DNA of 64,000 nucleotides. It comes from Eledone cirrhosa (Eukaryota). The notes under the pieces are model-generated. The model did no database searches, was not told where the DNA came from, and worked only from the letters and a program-made list of their open reading frames with translations. The position numbers were made by a program, and so were the translations under genes. The DNA is taken from positions 175,460,001 through 175,524,000 of the forward strand of contig OZ024742.1 of NCBI GenBank assembly GCA_964016885.1, written 5' to 3'. Positions 1 through 14,819 of this stretch are shown here, one piece after another. Within the stretch, counting starts at the first letter, position 1; each line of letters starts with the position of its first letter.

Positions 1-133
1 CGATTTAAATTAAATTTAAACCAAAGGTAAATGACAAGATATGATGTCTATTCATAAAATTTCAGCAAATTTCAATAATATTAAGACACCATAATGGGAG
101 TTAAACCCCCTATAGTGAAAATGTTGGCCAATA

Positions 134-493
134 AATGGAACAAGATGTGTTGTAACAAGATTGCATGAGAACTTGATTGAAGCAACCAATATATTCGGGG
201 CTTACAAAGGTCAAGCTCTTCTCATTCCGAGGATTCCACTTATACCAAGTGATAGCGAGTTGCCTTTTACTTTTAAGAGGCTGCAGTTCCCAGTGAGGCC
301 AAGCTTTGTCATGACCATCAATAAGAGTCAAGGTCAAACTTTCAAAACTATTGGTATAGATCTGACAAACCCATGTTTCAGTCATGACATGTTTTATGTG
401 GCTGTTTCAAGGACTGGAACTACAAAAAATCTCTACATTTTCGCCAATCAAAGAAAGACAAGAAATGTTGTTTACCCTGATGTTCTTCATTAG
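134..493 (+). mobile_element. Helitron Rep/helicase C-terminal fragment (PIF1-family SF1 helicase)
   Basis: Translation NGTRCVVTRLHENLIEA...PRIPLIPSD...FKRLQFPVRPSFVMTINKSQGQT...FSHDMFYVAVSR...TRNVVYPDVL matches the C-terminal PIF1-like helicase motifs typical of Helitrons. The upstream part is absent. Confidence 0.9.
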
Positions 494-617
494 GACAAAG
501 TATGAAATATATTTTCATGTATTTATTATGTTAAAAAACAAATAATTAAACTTTGAATTTCTACTTTGAAAATAATGCTTCACACAAATATTTCCAAATT
601 CTGCTTCTAGGGATAAG

Positions 618-765
618 GATGTATCTGAAGAACTTGCGATTTCAGAGTCAGTTTCGATACTCACATCAATCGTACCTCAAGCTGGTCGAAAGCAAAACGA
701 TTGTTATATGTTTAAAAAGTTCTAATTCGTTGCACCACTGATTCTCCGTTTCTTGTGTGTGTGTG

Positions 766-809
<44 letters not shown>

Positions 810-810
810 C

Positions 811-842
<32 letters not shown>

Positions 843-1010
843 GCATATATATTGATATATAGAATCGAGACGTATCTGAGGACCTTGCGATTTCAGAGTC
901 ACGTTCGATCATTACATCGACTGTGCCATGAGCTGGTCGCCAGAGAAATGATTGTAATATGTCTAATAAATGTTATTCATTGCAACATTGATTCTCTGTT
1001 TCTTATGTGA
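618..1010. repeat. Diverged tandem duplication (~250-bp period) downstream of the Helitron ORF
   Basis: gtatctga.gaacttgcgatttcagagtca...agctggtcg...gattgt.atatg...tgattctc.gtttctt occurs at ~620-755 and again at ~872-1008, each followed by a (TA)n/(TG)n run. Confidence 0.75.
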
Positions 1011-1444
1011 TGTATATATATATATATATACATGTATGTGTGTATGTATATATATATATATATATATATCCAAAATTAAATTAAGGGTGCCATGTCTGAG
1101 AGACATGCACCATATCGACTGTAGAATATGCTCAAAGATTCCAATGAATAGATCCGAGCATTTTATATCAACTAGAAATTGATTGACATATATATATATC
1201 TAAAAGAATCATATGAAACAATCACATGGAATAATTCGTAAAAGTGTGTAAGCACACACAGCTAGGTAGGTAACTAATTAAAGTTTAACTAGAACTTTAA
1301 ATATAGACACCTTTTAAAATTATTAATCTTCCTTGTTATATATGTCAATCAATTTCTAGTTGATATATATATATACATATGTGTGTATATATATATATAT
1401 ATATGTATACATACATGTGTGTAAATATATATATATACACATAC

Positions 1445-1477
<33 letters not shown>

Positions 1478-1746
1478 CATACATGTGTGTACATAAATAT
1501 ATATATATATTAACAAATGGAAACTATATTTATAAAACCATATCTATTTTATTATACATATTTCAAGGATACCATTTTAAATTATGGTATGCTTTCATCA
1601 GATAAAATACAATATATACCAGTTTTATAAATAAACATTGACGTACCCTTTCAAAATGCAACCGTTCCAAATACTTGTCGAGTGATTTGTATCAGTTATA
1701 AAAATATTTGCTTGTTGTATCCCAACAATTTAAATAGAACTTTTGC

Positions 1747-1807
<61 letters not shown>

Positions 1808-1959
1808 CATGTGTGTGTGTATATATATACGTGTGTATATATATATATGTGTGTATATATATGTATATATATATATGCATATATATATGTATATATACAA
1901 TATATGTACATGCATATATATATGTATATATATATATATGTATATATATAAGTTTACAT

Positions 1960-4159
<2,200 letters not shown>

Positions 4160-4244
4160 TATACATATACATATATATATATATATATATACATATATAT
4201 ACATATACATATATATACATATATATACATATACATATATATAC

Positions 4245-4315
<71 letters not shown>

Positions 4316-4358
4316 CATATACATACATATACATATATATACATATATATACATATAT

Positions 4359-4427
<69 letters not shown>

Positions 4428-4432
4428 ATATA

Positions 4433-5082
4433 CTAGCAGGAAAACCACCCTTCGTGTGGTTTTTGCAAGCATGTGTAGTGTGTATATTGATATTATACGC
4501 AAGTATATATACATGTTGATATGATACATCAAAGACAATCGTAATTGACAATATAAACAGAAATTGAATGAAGGCTGTGTTACACTGTCTTATGTAATCA
4601 GTAACGTAATCCATGATACATTAAAAAAGACGATATTATATATAAACTGCATTAGGAGAAAATTAGTGACAGAAATATATGAATATTTATTTAAGCGCCC
4701 ACTAACGGGAAGTGTGAACGTGTGAACATTTGAACACTTTAAAGAAGTGAATCTTTAAATAAGTAATAATATATATTTAATGAACAGCCACGAAATGTAA
4801 TAGATAAATTATGTAATAGTCATTCATTAGTATCGGTAGAGAGTCAGACACCATGCTTTGAAGCATAGGTTTACGTCCCTTTATGATATGAGTTCCAATC
4901 CCGCCGGGCTTAACTTTGCCTTTCATCCTTACGGGGTTGGTAAAATAAAGTACCAGTAATACACTGGGTAATTGCTGGCCTTGTGCCATAAGTAGAAACA
5001 ATTATTTATTCAAAGTACTCCAACTTATACAAACGTTATGAAAAAAACGTATGCAATCCCGCAGACCTTCCTTTATTATAGT
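4433..5082 (-). mobile_element. Non-autonomous Helitron with nested SINE
   Basis: Minus-strand 3' end has the hairpin aaaaccac/gtggtttt (4441-4463) just before terminal CTAG followed by T (4433-4436). A ctataataaagg start at ~5081 resembles a Helitron 5' end. A second copy lies at 8780-9500. Confidence 0.65.
4828..5005 (+). mobile_element. tRNA-derived SINE family A (5'-deleted copy)
   Basis: B-box-like gagttccaatc, body aactttgcctttcatccttacggggtt.g.taaaataaagtaccagta, and 3' end ttgtgcc..aagtagaaacaattatt. Confidence 0.85.
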
Positions 5083-5433
5083 TTATATATATATATATAC
5101 ACATATAACATATACATATATATATACATATAACATATACATATACATACATATACATACATACATATATATACATATACATATATGTACATACATATAT
5201 ACATATATATACATACACATACACATATATTTACATCCAAACCACCTGCATAGACACATACATATATACCTATATATATATATAGTTTGGTTGACAATTA
5301 TACTAATGTGCATAGACACACAGATACATTGTCCTTGGAATGACAGTGTGGTTTTAGCTCAATGTAGGATAACTAGTATACTACAGACCTGTTATAAGTT
5401 AGGAATAACCAAAGAGTTCTTAGAAACACATTG

Positions 5434-5493
5434 TTTTATTTGCTAACAGTGTTTCATCCATACTCTAGGACAGGAATCATCAGAGCCTATAAA
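5434..5493 (-). ncRNA. Minimal type I hammerhead ribozyme (family B)
   Basis: Minus strand reads GCU-CUGAUGA-UUCC...GGAU-GAAAC-ACU-GUU-AGC. Stem I can extend with UUUAU/AUAAA. Confidence 0.6.
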
Positions 5494-6300
5494 CAAAAGT
5501 ATATCAAAGGTTGCAGGTTCCATCGAGCCTAGTCACCAGAACAATGAAGAAGGACAAGTATTGGGGGCACACAATACATGATACATATAATTTCATAAAA
5601 AATTACATTATAAAAAATTACGTCAAAGGTTTATCACATAAATGGCACAATAGATCATAAGGAGGTTGAGAGAGGAGAGCAAGAAATGAATGAGGGTGTT
5701 ACTCAGCATGATCAAAAAACAAACGAAGAATAGATACATCAATTGACAAGCAGTGCAAGAACATGATTTACAGGCAGAGTATGAAAGCTTCTAAGCAGGA
5801 GTCAGTAAACAGAAAAGTTGGTTAGCTGTGGTGCAGCTTTACAGGCAGGATTGTTTATAGTAAAAATGGTGCACTCCAGTAGAATCGCCTTGTAACAGGT
5901 TGATTTCTCCATATCCGGCCATGACCCTCTATCCATTAATTCTAGTTCCAAGTGTTAGGCGACATAAAACCAGGTTTCCAAATACACGCATAGAGGATCC
6001 TTCCACAGAGGCAGTCTGCAACGAACACGTTAAACCCAAAACATTACAATGAAATGAGGTAAAGCAGAGCACATGCACTGCCGGCACTCCAATGAAGGAA
6101 GAGGAATCATTTCTTTCTCTCCTCTCCCAACCTCCTTATGATCTATTGTACCCTTTATGTGATAAACTTTTGACGTAATATTTTACGATGTAATTTTTTG
6201 TGACCTTATATGTATCATGTATTTTGTGCCCCCTACTTGTCCTTCTTCCTTGTTCTGATGTCTAGGCCCAATGGAGCCGGCAACCTTTGATATACTTTTG

Positions 6301-6360
6301 TTTATAGGCTCTGATGATTCCTGCCCTAGGGTATGGATGAAACACTGTTAGCAAATAAAA
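6301..6360 (+). ncRNA. Minimal type I hammerhead ribozyme (family B)
   Basis: UUUAUAG-GCU-CUGAUGA-U-UCC-UGCCCUAGGGUAU-GGA-U-GAAAC-ACU-GUU-AGC-AAAUAAAA, with a 2-bp stem III and a GUU cleavage triplet. Confidence 0.65.
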
Positions 6361-6411
6361 CAATGTATTTCTAAGCACTCTTTGGTTATTCCTAAACTTA
6401 TATATATATAT

Positions 6412-6700
6412 AATCATCACTATCATCATCATCACCGTTTTACGTCCGTTATTCCATGCTAGCATGGGTTAGACGGGTTGTTCTATTGTGAGCAGTGTCT
6501 GGTCGGCTGACCATGACTTGCTCATATAGGAACTGATTTTGGCTTGATTTCTACAGCTGGATGCTCTTCCTAACACCAACCTCATTTACAGTGAGTGCTG
6601 AGTGCTTTTTCCGTGGCGCCTACACGTCCACTTTACAGTGTGGCTGTGTGCGTTTTTGCCATGGCACCTCCACGACCACCTTGCAGTGGGAGTGTGTGGG
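6412..6700 (-). mobile_element. RTE-type 3' tail / SINE family B-related 3' portion
   Basis: Reverse complement has ttaggaagagcatccagctgtagaaatcaagcc...catgctagcatggaataacggacgtaaaacggtgatgatgat. Confidence 0.7.
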
Positions 6701-6825
6701 GCATATTGTTTATATGCTTCAGCTTGTACCCATGGGAGGTCGGGTACTCTGTATTACTGCATGACGCCAGAGTTATATATTCATATCTATATATTTTTTG
6801 TGGTGGTTTGCATGTAAATATGTGT

Positions 6826-6860
<35 letters not shown>

Positions 6861-6939
6861 TGTGAGTGTGTATGTATATATGTATATATACATATATATA
6901 TGTGTGTGCATATATATATATATATATATATAGGAAAAA

Positions 6940-7530
6940 AGTCAGAGGGTTGTGGGAGCAGCGAGTCAGAAGCAAACATCTCTAACTGATCCAACTGGAT
7001 CCCAAAGTGTGACCAGCCAAGCTCATGGATGTTATCCAACCATCTTGCTCAGGATCTACATCTAGGTCTCATGCTGGTTGGTTTTCCCTGTAAAATCTGT
7101 CAAGTGCATCTTTCCTGAGACATTCTAACCACATGCCTATAGTATCGTAGCTGTGAACTCTCAATCCAAAGAATTAGTGACTCTACCAGGAGTGACTCTC
7201 TGAACTCCAAGTTATGCACTTTATCGAGTAACATTACTCCAAACCCCTTCAGAGGAACCCTAATTTGGCCGCTTATATTTACAATTGTATTCTTTCGGTC
7301 ATTACCCAAAATTCCTGATCCTCGGTAAGATTTGGCAGGAATACCAGGAAGACAGCAAGTTTGGCTTTTACACCTACCTCCCTTCTTCTGATTACTGAAT
7401 GCTGAAGCTGGTGCATTACTGCATCAGCTTTTACAATTCTTGCACTTAATTCAGCCTCCTGCTTCCATCACTCATGAACATGGCTCCGAGATACTTGAAC
7501 TTCCCTACCTGCTTCAGTGGAACTCCACTC
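6940..7530 (-). pseudogene. Degenerate RTE-clade LINE 3' fragment
   Basis: IESSQLRYYRHVVRMSQER and RWLDNIHELGW-type RTE C-terminal motifs, with stops and frameshifts. Same family as ~52660-52790. Confidence 0.7.
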
Positions 7531-7727
7531 ACATGTATATAAATTTGAGTGACTTCTGTCCATCAGTCTGTCACACAACGTGTATAGGTGTTTGTTTGAA
7601 TATATGTATGTGTAAAAGGAAGGAAGGGGGATACACATATGTATGTCTCTAACTGAAAAACAGTGACACACACACACGTCTCTAATTTAAGAATGCCAAC
7701 AAACTCACGCACACACACATATACACA

Positions 7728-8418
7728 TTGTCCTATTACCACTTAAGAGCTCTGCTCCGGGCAAACATACCCTTAATTTTAGAACCGTCTAGGTTGTCCA
7801 GAATTGATGGCAAAAGACCTGATTGCCTTACCCTGTGGCCCTGGTCAAGAGGCAAGTGTCTTGTCTGGGACGCCACAGTTAGCGACTCTTTTGTTTCTTT
7901 CCACATCCTGGATGCAGTAGTTAGGGCAAGAGCTACAGGATCCATAGGGCACAAAATCCTAAAATACCATGATCTGTTGGCTAACTACATTTTCCAACCT
8001 GTGGCAGGCTACTGACACGAGGTTCTTATCTTCACTGGCGGCTCACCTAACCGAGGTATCTGGTGATGCTTGTGAGGGTGCTTAGTTGTTCCAGCATCTC
8101 AGCCTCGCCATCAACCCTGGTAAAACTGTCAGCATTGTTGGCTTGCCTCAAAAATTATTAGAGAAGTTTCCCAGTGCCCCTCGTGATATATTGTTGTCTT
8201 TTGCTCTATTAATGGCTCGTTTCTCCACCCCGTTTACCTGCTTTTGTTGTATGTGGTCCTAGATGTGTGTATTACCTGCTTGTGTGTTTTTTCTCTTTCT
8301 TTTTATCCTTTCCCTTCCCTTTGTATATATTATATTTGTTTGTGTTTTCGTTCTGTAGGCATTATATTATATTTTTTATACAACTGTGAATAAAACAACA
8401 AATGAGTTAAAAAAAAAG
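7728..8418 (+). pseudogene. CRE-like non-LTR retrotransposon 3' end (restriction-like endonuclease domain)
   Basis: LEPSRLSRIDGKRPDCLTLWPWSRGKCLVWDATVSD...KYHDL...FQPVA matches the RLE motif RPD...WD.T..D. Followed by a 3' UTR, AATAAA (~8389) and an A-run (~8410). Confidence 0.75.
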
Positions 8419-8913
8419 TTAAACTTTGTTTGACTGTATGTGTAAGTTTGTGTAAATGTAGGTGTGTGTGTGTTTGTGTGAATGTATGTTTGTGTGAAAG
8501 TATGTCCATTAGTGTGTATTTTTGTCTGTTTGTGTTTGCACAATTATTGTTATATTCTCATCCATATAAATGTATGTATATGCACATAAACACACACACA
8601 CACAGACATGTCAGCATGTTGAAAAAATCCTAATCTCTTCGTCTTTCTCTTACACTCTTTCTATTATATATATAAATGTCTGTCACATAGTCTCTCTATC
8701 TGTATCTCTCTTTCTTTCTCGCTCTGTCTATATATATATATATATATATATGGTAGTTGAAGTGGTAGTGGTGGTGATATACTGGAAGTGTTGAAATTTC
8801 AAACTTTTAAAGGAAGTGAATCTTGAAATAAGCAATAAAATTATATATGTTTAATGATGTGTTACGAAATTTAGTGCATGAATTATATAATATTCATTCA
8901 TTATTTATTCAAA

Positions 8914-9105
8914 GGGCGGTGGATTGGCAGTATCAGTAGAGGGTCGGACGCCATGCTTTGAAGCATAGAGTTACCTCCTTTATGATCTGAGTTCAAATCC
9001 CGCCGTGGTTAACTTTGCCTTTCATCCTTACAGGGTTGATAAAATAAAGTACCAGTAATACACTGGGATAATTGCTGGCGTTGTGCCAAAAGTAGAAACA
9101 ATTAT
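8914..9105 (+). mobile_element. Full-length SINE family A with 15-bp TSD
   Basis: A-box-like tggcagtatcagt and B-box gagttcaaatcc. attatttattcaaag occurs at 8900-8914 and 9101-9115. Confidence 0.9.
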
Positions 9106-9120
9106 TTATTCAAAGCCAAA

Positions 9121-9428
9121 CAAGCATGGCTTAGTGGTTAGAGCATTGGCCTTCCAATCGAAAGGTTGTGAGTTCAATTCTCAGACTGGATGATGTGTTT
9201 TTTCCTTGAGCAAGACACTTTATTTCACATTGCTCCAGTTTACTCAGCTGTAGAAATGAGATGATAGGACTGGGTCCCTATCATTCCACTGCTAAGCACC
9301 CAGAACGCACTGTAAATGAGGTTGGTGTTAGGAAGGGCATCCAGCTGTAGAAATCAAGCCAAAACCACTTCCCGTCCCATTCTTGCAAGCAGGGAAAAGA
9401 GGACGTAAAATGATGATGATTATGATGA
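9121..9428 (+). mobile_element. tRNA-derived SINE family B with RTE-like tail
   Basis: tggcttagtggttagagc (A box), gagttcaattc (B box), central ccttgagcaagacactttatttcacattgctccagt, and tail ggacgtaaaatgatgatgat. Confidence 0.9.
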
Positions 9429-10229
9429 ATCAAACTTATTTTACTAACTGGATATAAAAATATAGTCAAGACACAGTCCCACACTCCTCCCTTTATTATA
9501 TATATATATACATGCACACAATTACACACACACACGCATATTACACCTTCATGGATTTTTATTATTATTCAGTCTAAAGCATTACAACATTTTAAATGTA
9601 ATGTTAATCTCACTGGTCTGCAAATGCCATCATCTTTGTCTCTCCTTCAAGACTTACACTTGGGTCCCAAATAATAGAGGGGCGGTATATAAGCTGAAGG
9701 GGGAGTGGGGGTCGGTAATTCTTCTAGGTTGTCTCTTTTGGTCTTTTAAAAACCAAAGTTAGTTGTTTATTTTATTTATTGAGACCCTAACCCAGCCTCT
9801 TTATTTTATAATATATGGAATTTCTAGTAAGGTTTTTTTTTTTGTCATATATAATTTTTTCAATGTATAAGGAAAATTAAAATTGAAGTTTTTAACCAAA
9901 TTTAATTAGTGATGGTGATGATCGTGGTGGTGAAGGGGCGATCTGAAAGATTAATGAGATAAGCGGTGTGTTTGTGTGTGTGTGTAGGGGGGGGGGGGGG
10001 GATTTGAGCCCTGAGAGTAGATAATAATAAATAAAAGTAAATAGCGTTGAAGAGGCATATTAGAGTGAAATTATGTTTGTTCTTCAGGTAAATGCGTCAT
10101 TATTTAAAAAGCAATCTTTTATTATAAGGAAATGCTAATTGTTATTAAACTTAGAGCCAATATTTGTGAAAAATTAACATCATCATTATCATCATCATGT
10201 AATATCCATTTTCCTTACATTATCATTTT

Positions 10230-10487
10230 CCTTTCATGACCATATTTTTACTGAAAAATACAGCCATTGGTTTTCAAATAATTTTGAAAATATTATAGAA
10301 ATTGGATGGATTAAGTAATATAACTTGCTGTCTCACCGAATCTAATATTTGTAACCCAATTTAACAAAGATTCATATATAAAATTATGATGAACTGTTTT
10401 TAGATATGCGTAAACACTTTAAAATAAAAAGATTAGTATTGTAGAACCAGCAGCAATTTTAGGCAGGTTGGTATCAAAAGCATTAAA
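10230..10487. mobile_element. Degenerate MITE (piggyBac-like)
   Basis: Decayed terminal repeats cctttcatgacca / tggtatcaaaagca followed by TTAA. Confidence 0.35.
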
Positions 10488-11639
10488 TGATGATGATGAG
10501 GGTGATAATATGGTGGAGTTTTGACAGATATCAGGTGCAAATTTAATAAAGCTTTCATTTAATATCTTTCTCTGTCATGTGTGCAACTTGAATTTTCAAT
10601 CTTACTAAGCACCAAGGAAATATATTTATAAGAAGATGTAGGAAGCACAAAAGCAAAAAATAACTTTCATTACTGTCAGTTGTTATAAAATAGCTTATAA
10701 AAATTATAAAAAGTACCTTAATGTTGGAAAAATGTTGCCAGAGGGCTCCACTTTTAACTGTTGTTTTTTAATGATTTATTTTTACTTATTAGGTCTAGTG
10801 GAAGGGAAAGTTTGATGGAAAGTTTTGGAGGAAAATTGCTTTACATTAATTAAGTCTAAATTTTTACAGTGATCTGGTCAGAAGTAAAGATACTATAAAC
10901 ATTTGAATTAACAAGCCTGATATTTTCTGCAAAATCATTACAGAGTTAACAACATAAACACACACACTAAAACAAAAATCATAAGCCCCTGGAGTTTCAA
11001 AAATATCTCTGAAAACATTCACAAGACAGACAAAAATAGTAAAGAAAGTAGAATGACGACCAACCATATAGAGAGCAGCCATAGATACCGTGTCTGGTGA
11101 ATTATAGAGAAACAACTACAATGATGTACAAAAATACTGAGGGCAATCACAGATAGATCATTTTGCCAATTATAAACTTATAGAAACATACTGAAAGTAC
11201 CATATTTGGTCAACATGAAGAAACAATTATAAATATACACAAGCATTCTGAGAGTAGTGGCAGATACAATGATGTAGAAACATATTGAGAGGAATCACAG
11301 GTCCCACATTTAGCCAACATAAAGTTGCAACTACATGTTATATAAATACTACATTAAATCCATCCTGAATGAAACCAGCCATACGTAGCTCTACCACCAC
11401 ATCTTGATTTATCTTTGCATGCATATAAAATTATACACATATATCAATGTCTACATAATACGATAATGATTATTTCTCTATTGGTTTCATTAATGAGCAT
11501 ACAGTTGTTCGATCAGCTGAATGCCTAAATCATCAATTAACACAGATACATACACATTTAACATATTTCTCAAGAGCCAAATCACCATGACGCAATATGT
11601 GACAAGGCTGGAAATTTGAATTACTGGGCATAAGAGGAA

Positions 11640-11920
11640 TAAGATGCAATGCGAAAAAGAGAAGATTGCATTGCTATGAGCATGTGATTGGTATGAATGC
11701 AGATCGTTAGGTGAAGAATTGCTAAGAGATCCCAGTAGAAGAAAGCTGTAGAAAAGGAAGACTGAGAAAAATGCATGCAGAAATGGTGAGAACTAATTAC
11801 AGAACACTGAACCACACAGAGATGATGATAAAGGAATGCATGCATGGAGTGTATCAAAGCTATGTTAGTGAAAATCTATGCAAGCATCTAAAACTGAATG
11901 TAAAATGGTGGTGATGAAGA
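11640..11920 (+). pseudogene. RTE LINE 3' fragment
   Basis: RRLHCYEHVIGMN and RKGRLRK-like remnants, ending in an (ATG/GTG)-type tail. Confidence 0.5.
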
Positions 11921-12166
11921 TATTCTACATAAAAGAAATATGATGCTAAATCACTGCTTCTAATAAATCTTCTGCTATATGTAACCCTAATTTTTTTCTT
12001 CACTTCAGTAATGCAATGTAGTAATGAATATGAAAAGAATTAAAACAGTTTGCTACAGGAAGATTTCATGTGAAATATTCTCAGATACATCATAATATCT
12101 ATATTATCAAGACTTTTTTTTAATTTGTCCCTCTCAAGTCTGCAATACATCAATTGATACACACAG

Positions 12167-12209
<43 letters not shown>

Positions 12210-12224
12210 GTTTTAATACAGATG

Positions 12225-12275
12225 AGATTCTACAGCACTAGAACTGTTTCATTCTTTAGAAATCATCAGGAATCT
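12225..12275 (-). ncRNA. Type I hammerhead ribozyme (family A)
   Basis: Minus strand reads AGAUUC-CUGAUGA-UUUCUAAAGAAU-GAAACAG-UUCUAGUG-CUGUA-GAAUCU, in sense with the Penelope ORF. Confidence 0.85.
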
Positions 12276-12767
12276 GGGTATCAACAAATAAGTATGGTAT
12301 TTATAGGTCTCTTCAAGTGGTAGGAGAGGGTAGGGAGTGGGATGGGTGTAGGTCATTGGTTGATAGAAAAGGGAATTCATTAAAAGCTAATTCTTCAAAG
12401 CTATAGTTTATTTTTAAATTAACAAAGGCAGAAAGAATTCTATAAACAATTTCAAGATGGGGTGCCACTCCTTATTTTTAGGTTTCTCTTAAGCTAACAG
12501 GTGTCTATAGGATCAGTGGGGGTCGGCCATGGTTGATGGATTTAAAGGAAAGGGAGATTCTTTAAAAGCTAAATTCTTTAATGTTCTACTAAATGAAAAA
12601 GGCCTAGAGAATTCTGTAGACAAATTCAAAATATTGAGTGAATATCATAAGATTATCTTCAAATTTCTCTTAAGCTATTCAACTATATGCCAAAAATCAA
12701 CGGACACATTCACAAACACACTCACTCACACACTCGTGCACACCCACAAACACCCACACATACATAT

Positions 12768-12812
<45 letters not shown>

Positions 12813-12827
12813 TATATACATATATAT

Positions 12828-12872
<45 letters not shown>

Positions 12873-12944
12873 TATATATACATATTTACACACACATATA
12901 CACATATATACACACATACACACATATATATACACACATACACC

Positions 12945-12981
<37 letters not shown>

Positions 12982-13116
12982 GATATATGTATGTATGTAT
13001 ATACACAAACATACACACACATATATATATACACATACATATATTCACACACATATACATATATATATATATACATACATATATATATATATATACAAAC
13101 ATACATATACACACAT

Positions 13117-13150
<34 letters not shown>

Positions 13151-13336
13151 ACACAAATATGCAAACACATACGTACACATATACACACATACATATACAT
13201 AAATAAATATATATACATATATATATATATACACATATATATATATATATATACATATATATATACACACATATATATATACACACACACACACACACAT
13301 ACACACATACACCTACATATACACATATACACACAT

Positions 13337-13381
<45 letters not shown>

Positions 13382-13389
13382 TATATATA

Positions 13390-13717
13390 TATCTATCAAG
13401 AAATAAATATATAGACAGACTGAATAAAAGATGGCGTAGACATACAACACAACAGGAGGAAAAAATATAACACCACTGACGATGTTGCAGATGTGCAACG
13501 AAAGATTTATGTAAATTATGTAAACTATATATATGTGTTTGTGTCTATATTGTATCTGTATTATTTTTGACCGTCGGTCAGTGAATGGCAACATTGAGGA
13601 CCGATTAAGTTAGATCGCAGATATAAAAGACAGCGAGAAGCGAAAACCAACCAAACAGTGAGTGTGTTCTGTTATTAATTCTGGCAATATTACTCAAATA
13701 TGACCCTCCCCAAGTAA

Positions 13718-13721
<4 letters not shown>
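13390..13721 (+). mobile_element. Solo pseudo-LTR of a second PLE family (related to 58290-58540)
   Basis: Shares aagatggcgtag, a CTGANGA...CGAAAGA motif and terminal atgaccctccc.aagta with the 3' end of the 57421-58540 element. Embedded in (TA)n. Confidence 0.65.
13471..13512 (+). ncRNA. Hammerhead-like motif (family D, extra nucleotide after core)
   Basis: CUGACGA-U-GUUGCA-GAUG-UGCAAC-GAAA with a perfect 6-bp stem II. Stems I and III are weak. Confidence 0.4.
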
Positions 13722-13762
<41 letters not shown>

Positions 13763-13877
13763 AATGTGAACACATACATACATACACATACACATATACA
13801 CACATATATATACACACACATATATATACACACATATACACACACATACACACACATACACACACATACACACACAT

Positions 13878-13934
<57 letters not shown>

Positions 13935-13989
13935 CACAAATATATACATATATATATACATACACATATATATACATACATATATAGAC

Positions 13990-14024
<35 letters not shown>

Positions 14025-14214
14025 TATACATATACATACATACACATATACACATATATATACATATACACACATACACATACATATATATACACATATA
14101 CACACACATATACATATACACATACATGTATATATATAAATATATACATATACACATACACATATACATAGATATACATACACATACATAATATATAGAT
14201 ATATATACATATAT

Positions 14215-14245
<31 letters not shown>

Positions 14246-14494
14246 CATACACACATATACTCATATATATATATATATATATATACATATATATATACAT
14301 ATATATATATATATACATACACACACACACACACACATATATACACACATATATATAAATAAATAAATAAATAAATACACACACAGAGAGAACCACACAA
14401 ACACATACACACAAATATATATACACACACACACCCACACACAGACACACACACATATATACACACACATATATTCACACATACACACACACAC

Positions 14495-14527
<33 letters not shown>

Positions 14528-14532
14528 CATAT

Positions 14533-14613
<81 letters not shown>

Positions 14614-14819
14614 TACATACATATACATACACACATACATACACATATACATATATACACAAATATATACACATACAAATAAATACTCAATAAATATACG
14701 CATATACACAGGCACATAAACACAGCTCTACAGGCAGAAAATGCAGATAGGTATTTCAGGTTGAGGAGAGGTGTGTGGGGTGGGAACGAGGTATAGGAGC
14801 TAATAGGAGGAGGTCGTTT

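Larger units (their letters stand above)
5393..6402. mobile_element. Foldback PLE-type element: ~296-bp inverted arms (5393-5689 / 6107-6402), each with a hammerhead
   Basis: The arms are clearly reverse-complementary with scattered mismatches around a ~417-bp spacer. The right end runs into (TA)n. Confidence 0.8.
8780..9500 (-). mobile_element. Second, partial copy of the non-autonomous Helitron, containing SINE A and SINE B
   Basis: 8780-8900 is homologous to 4708-4828, and it ends in the same cctttattata terminus (~9490-9500). Confidence 0.55.

Noticed and set aside
12529-13206. Paired ORFs [17 protein letters not shown]... (also 16356-16949)
   Set aside because: Antisense reading of the PLE terminal repeat running into microsatellite; duplicated only because of the inverted repeat.
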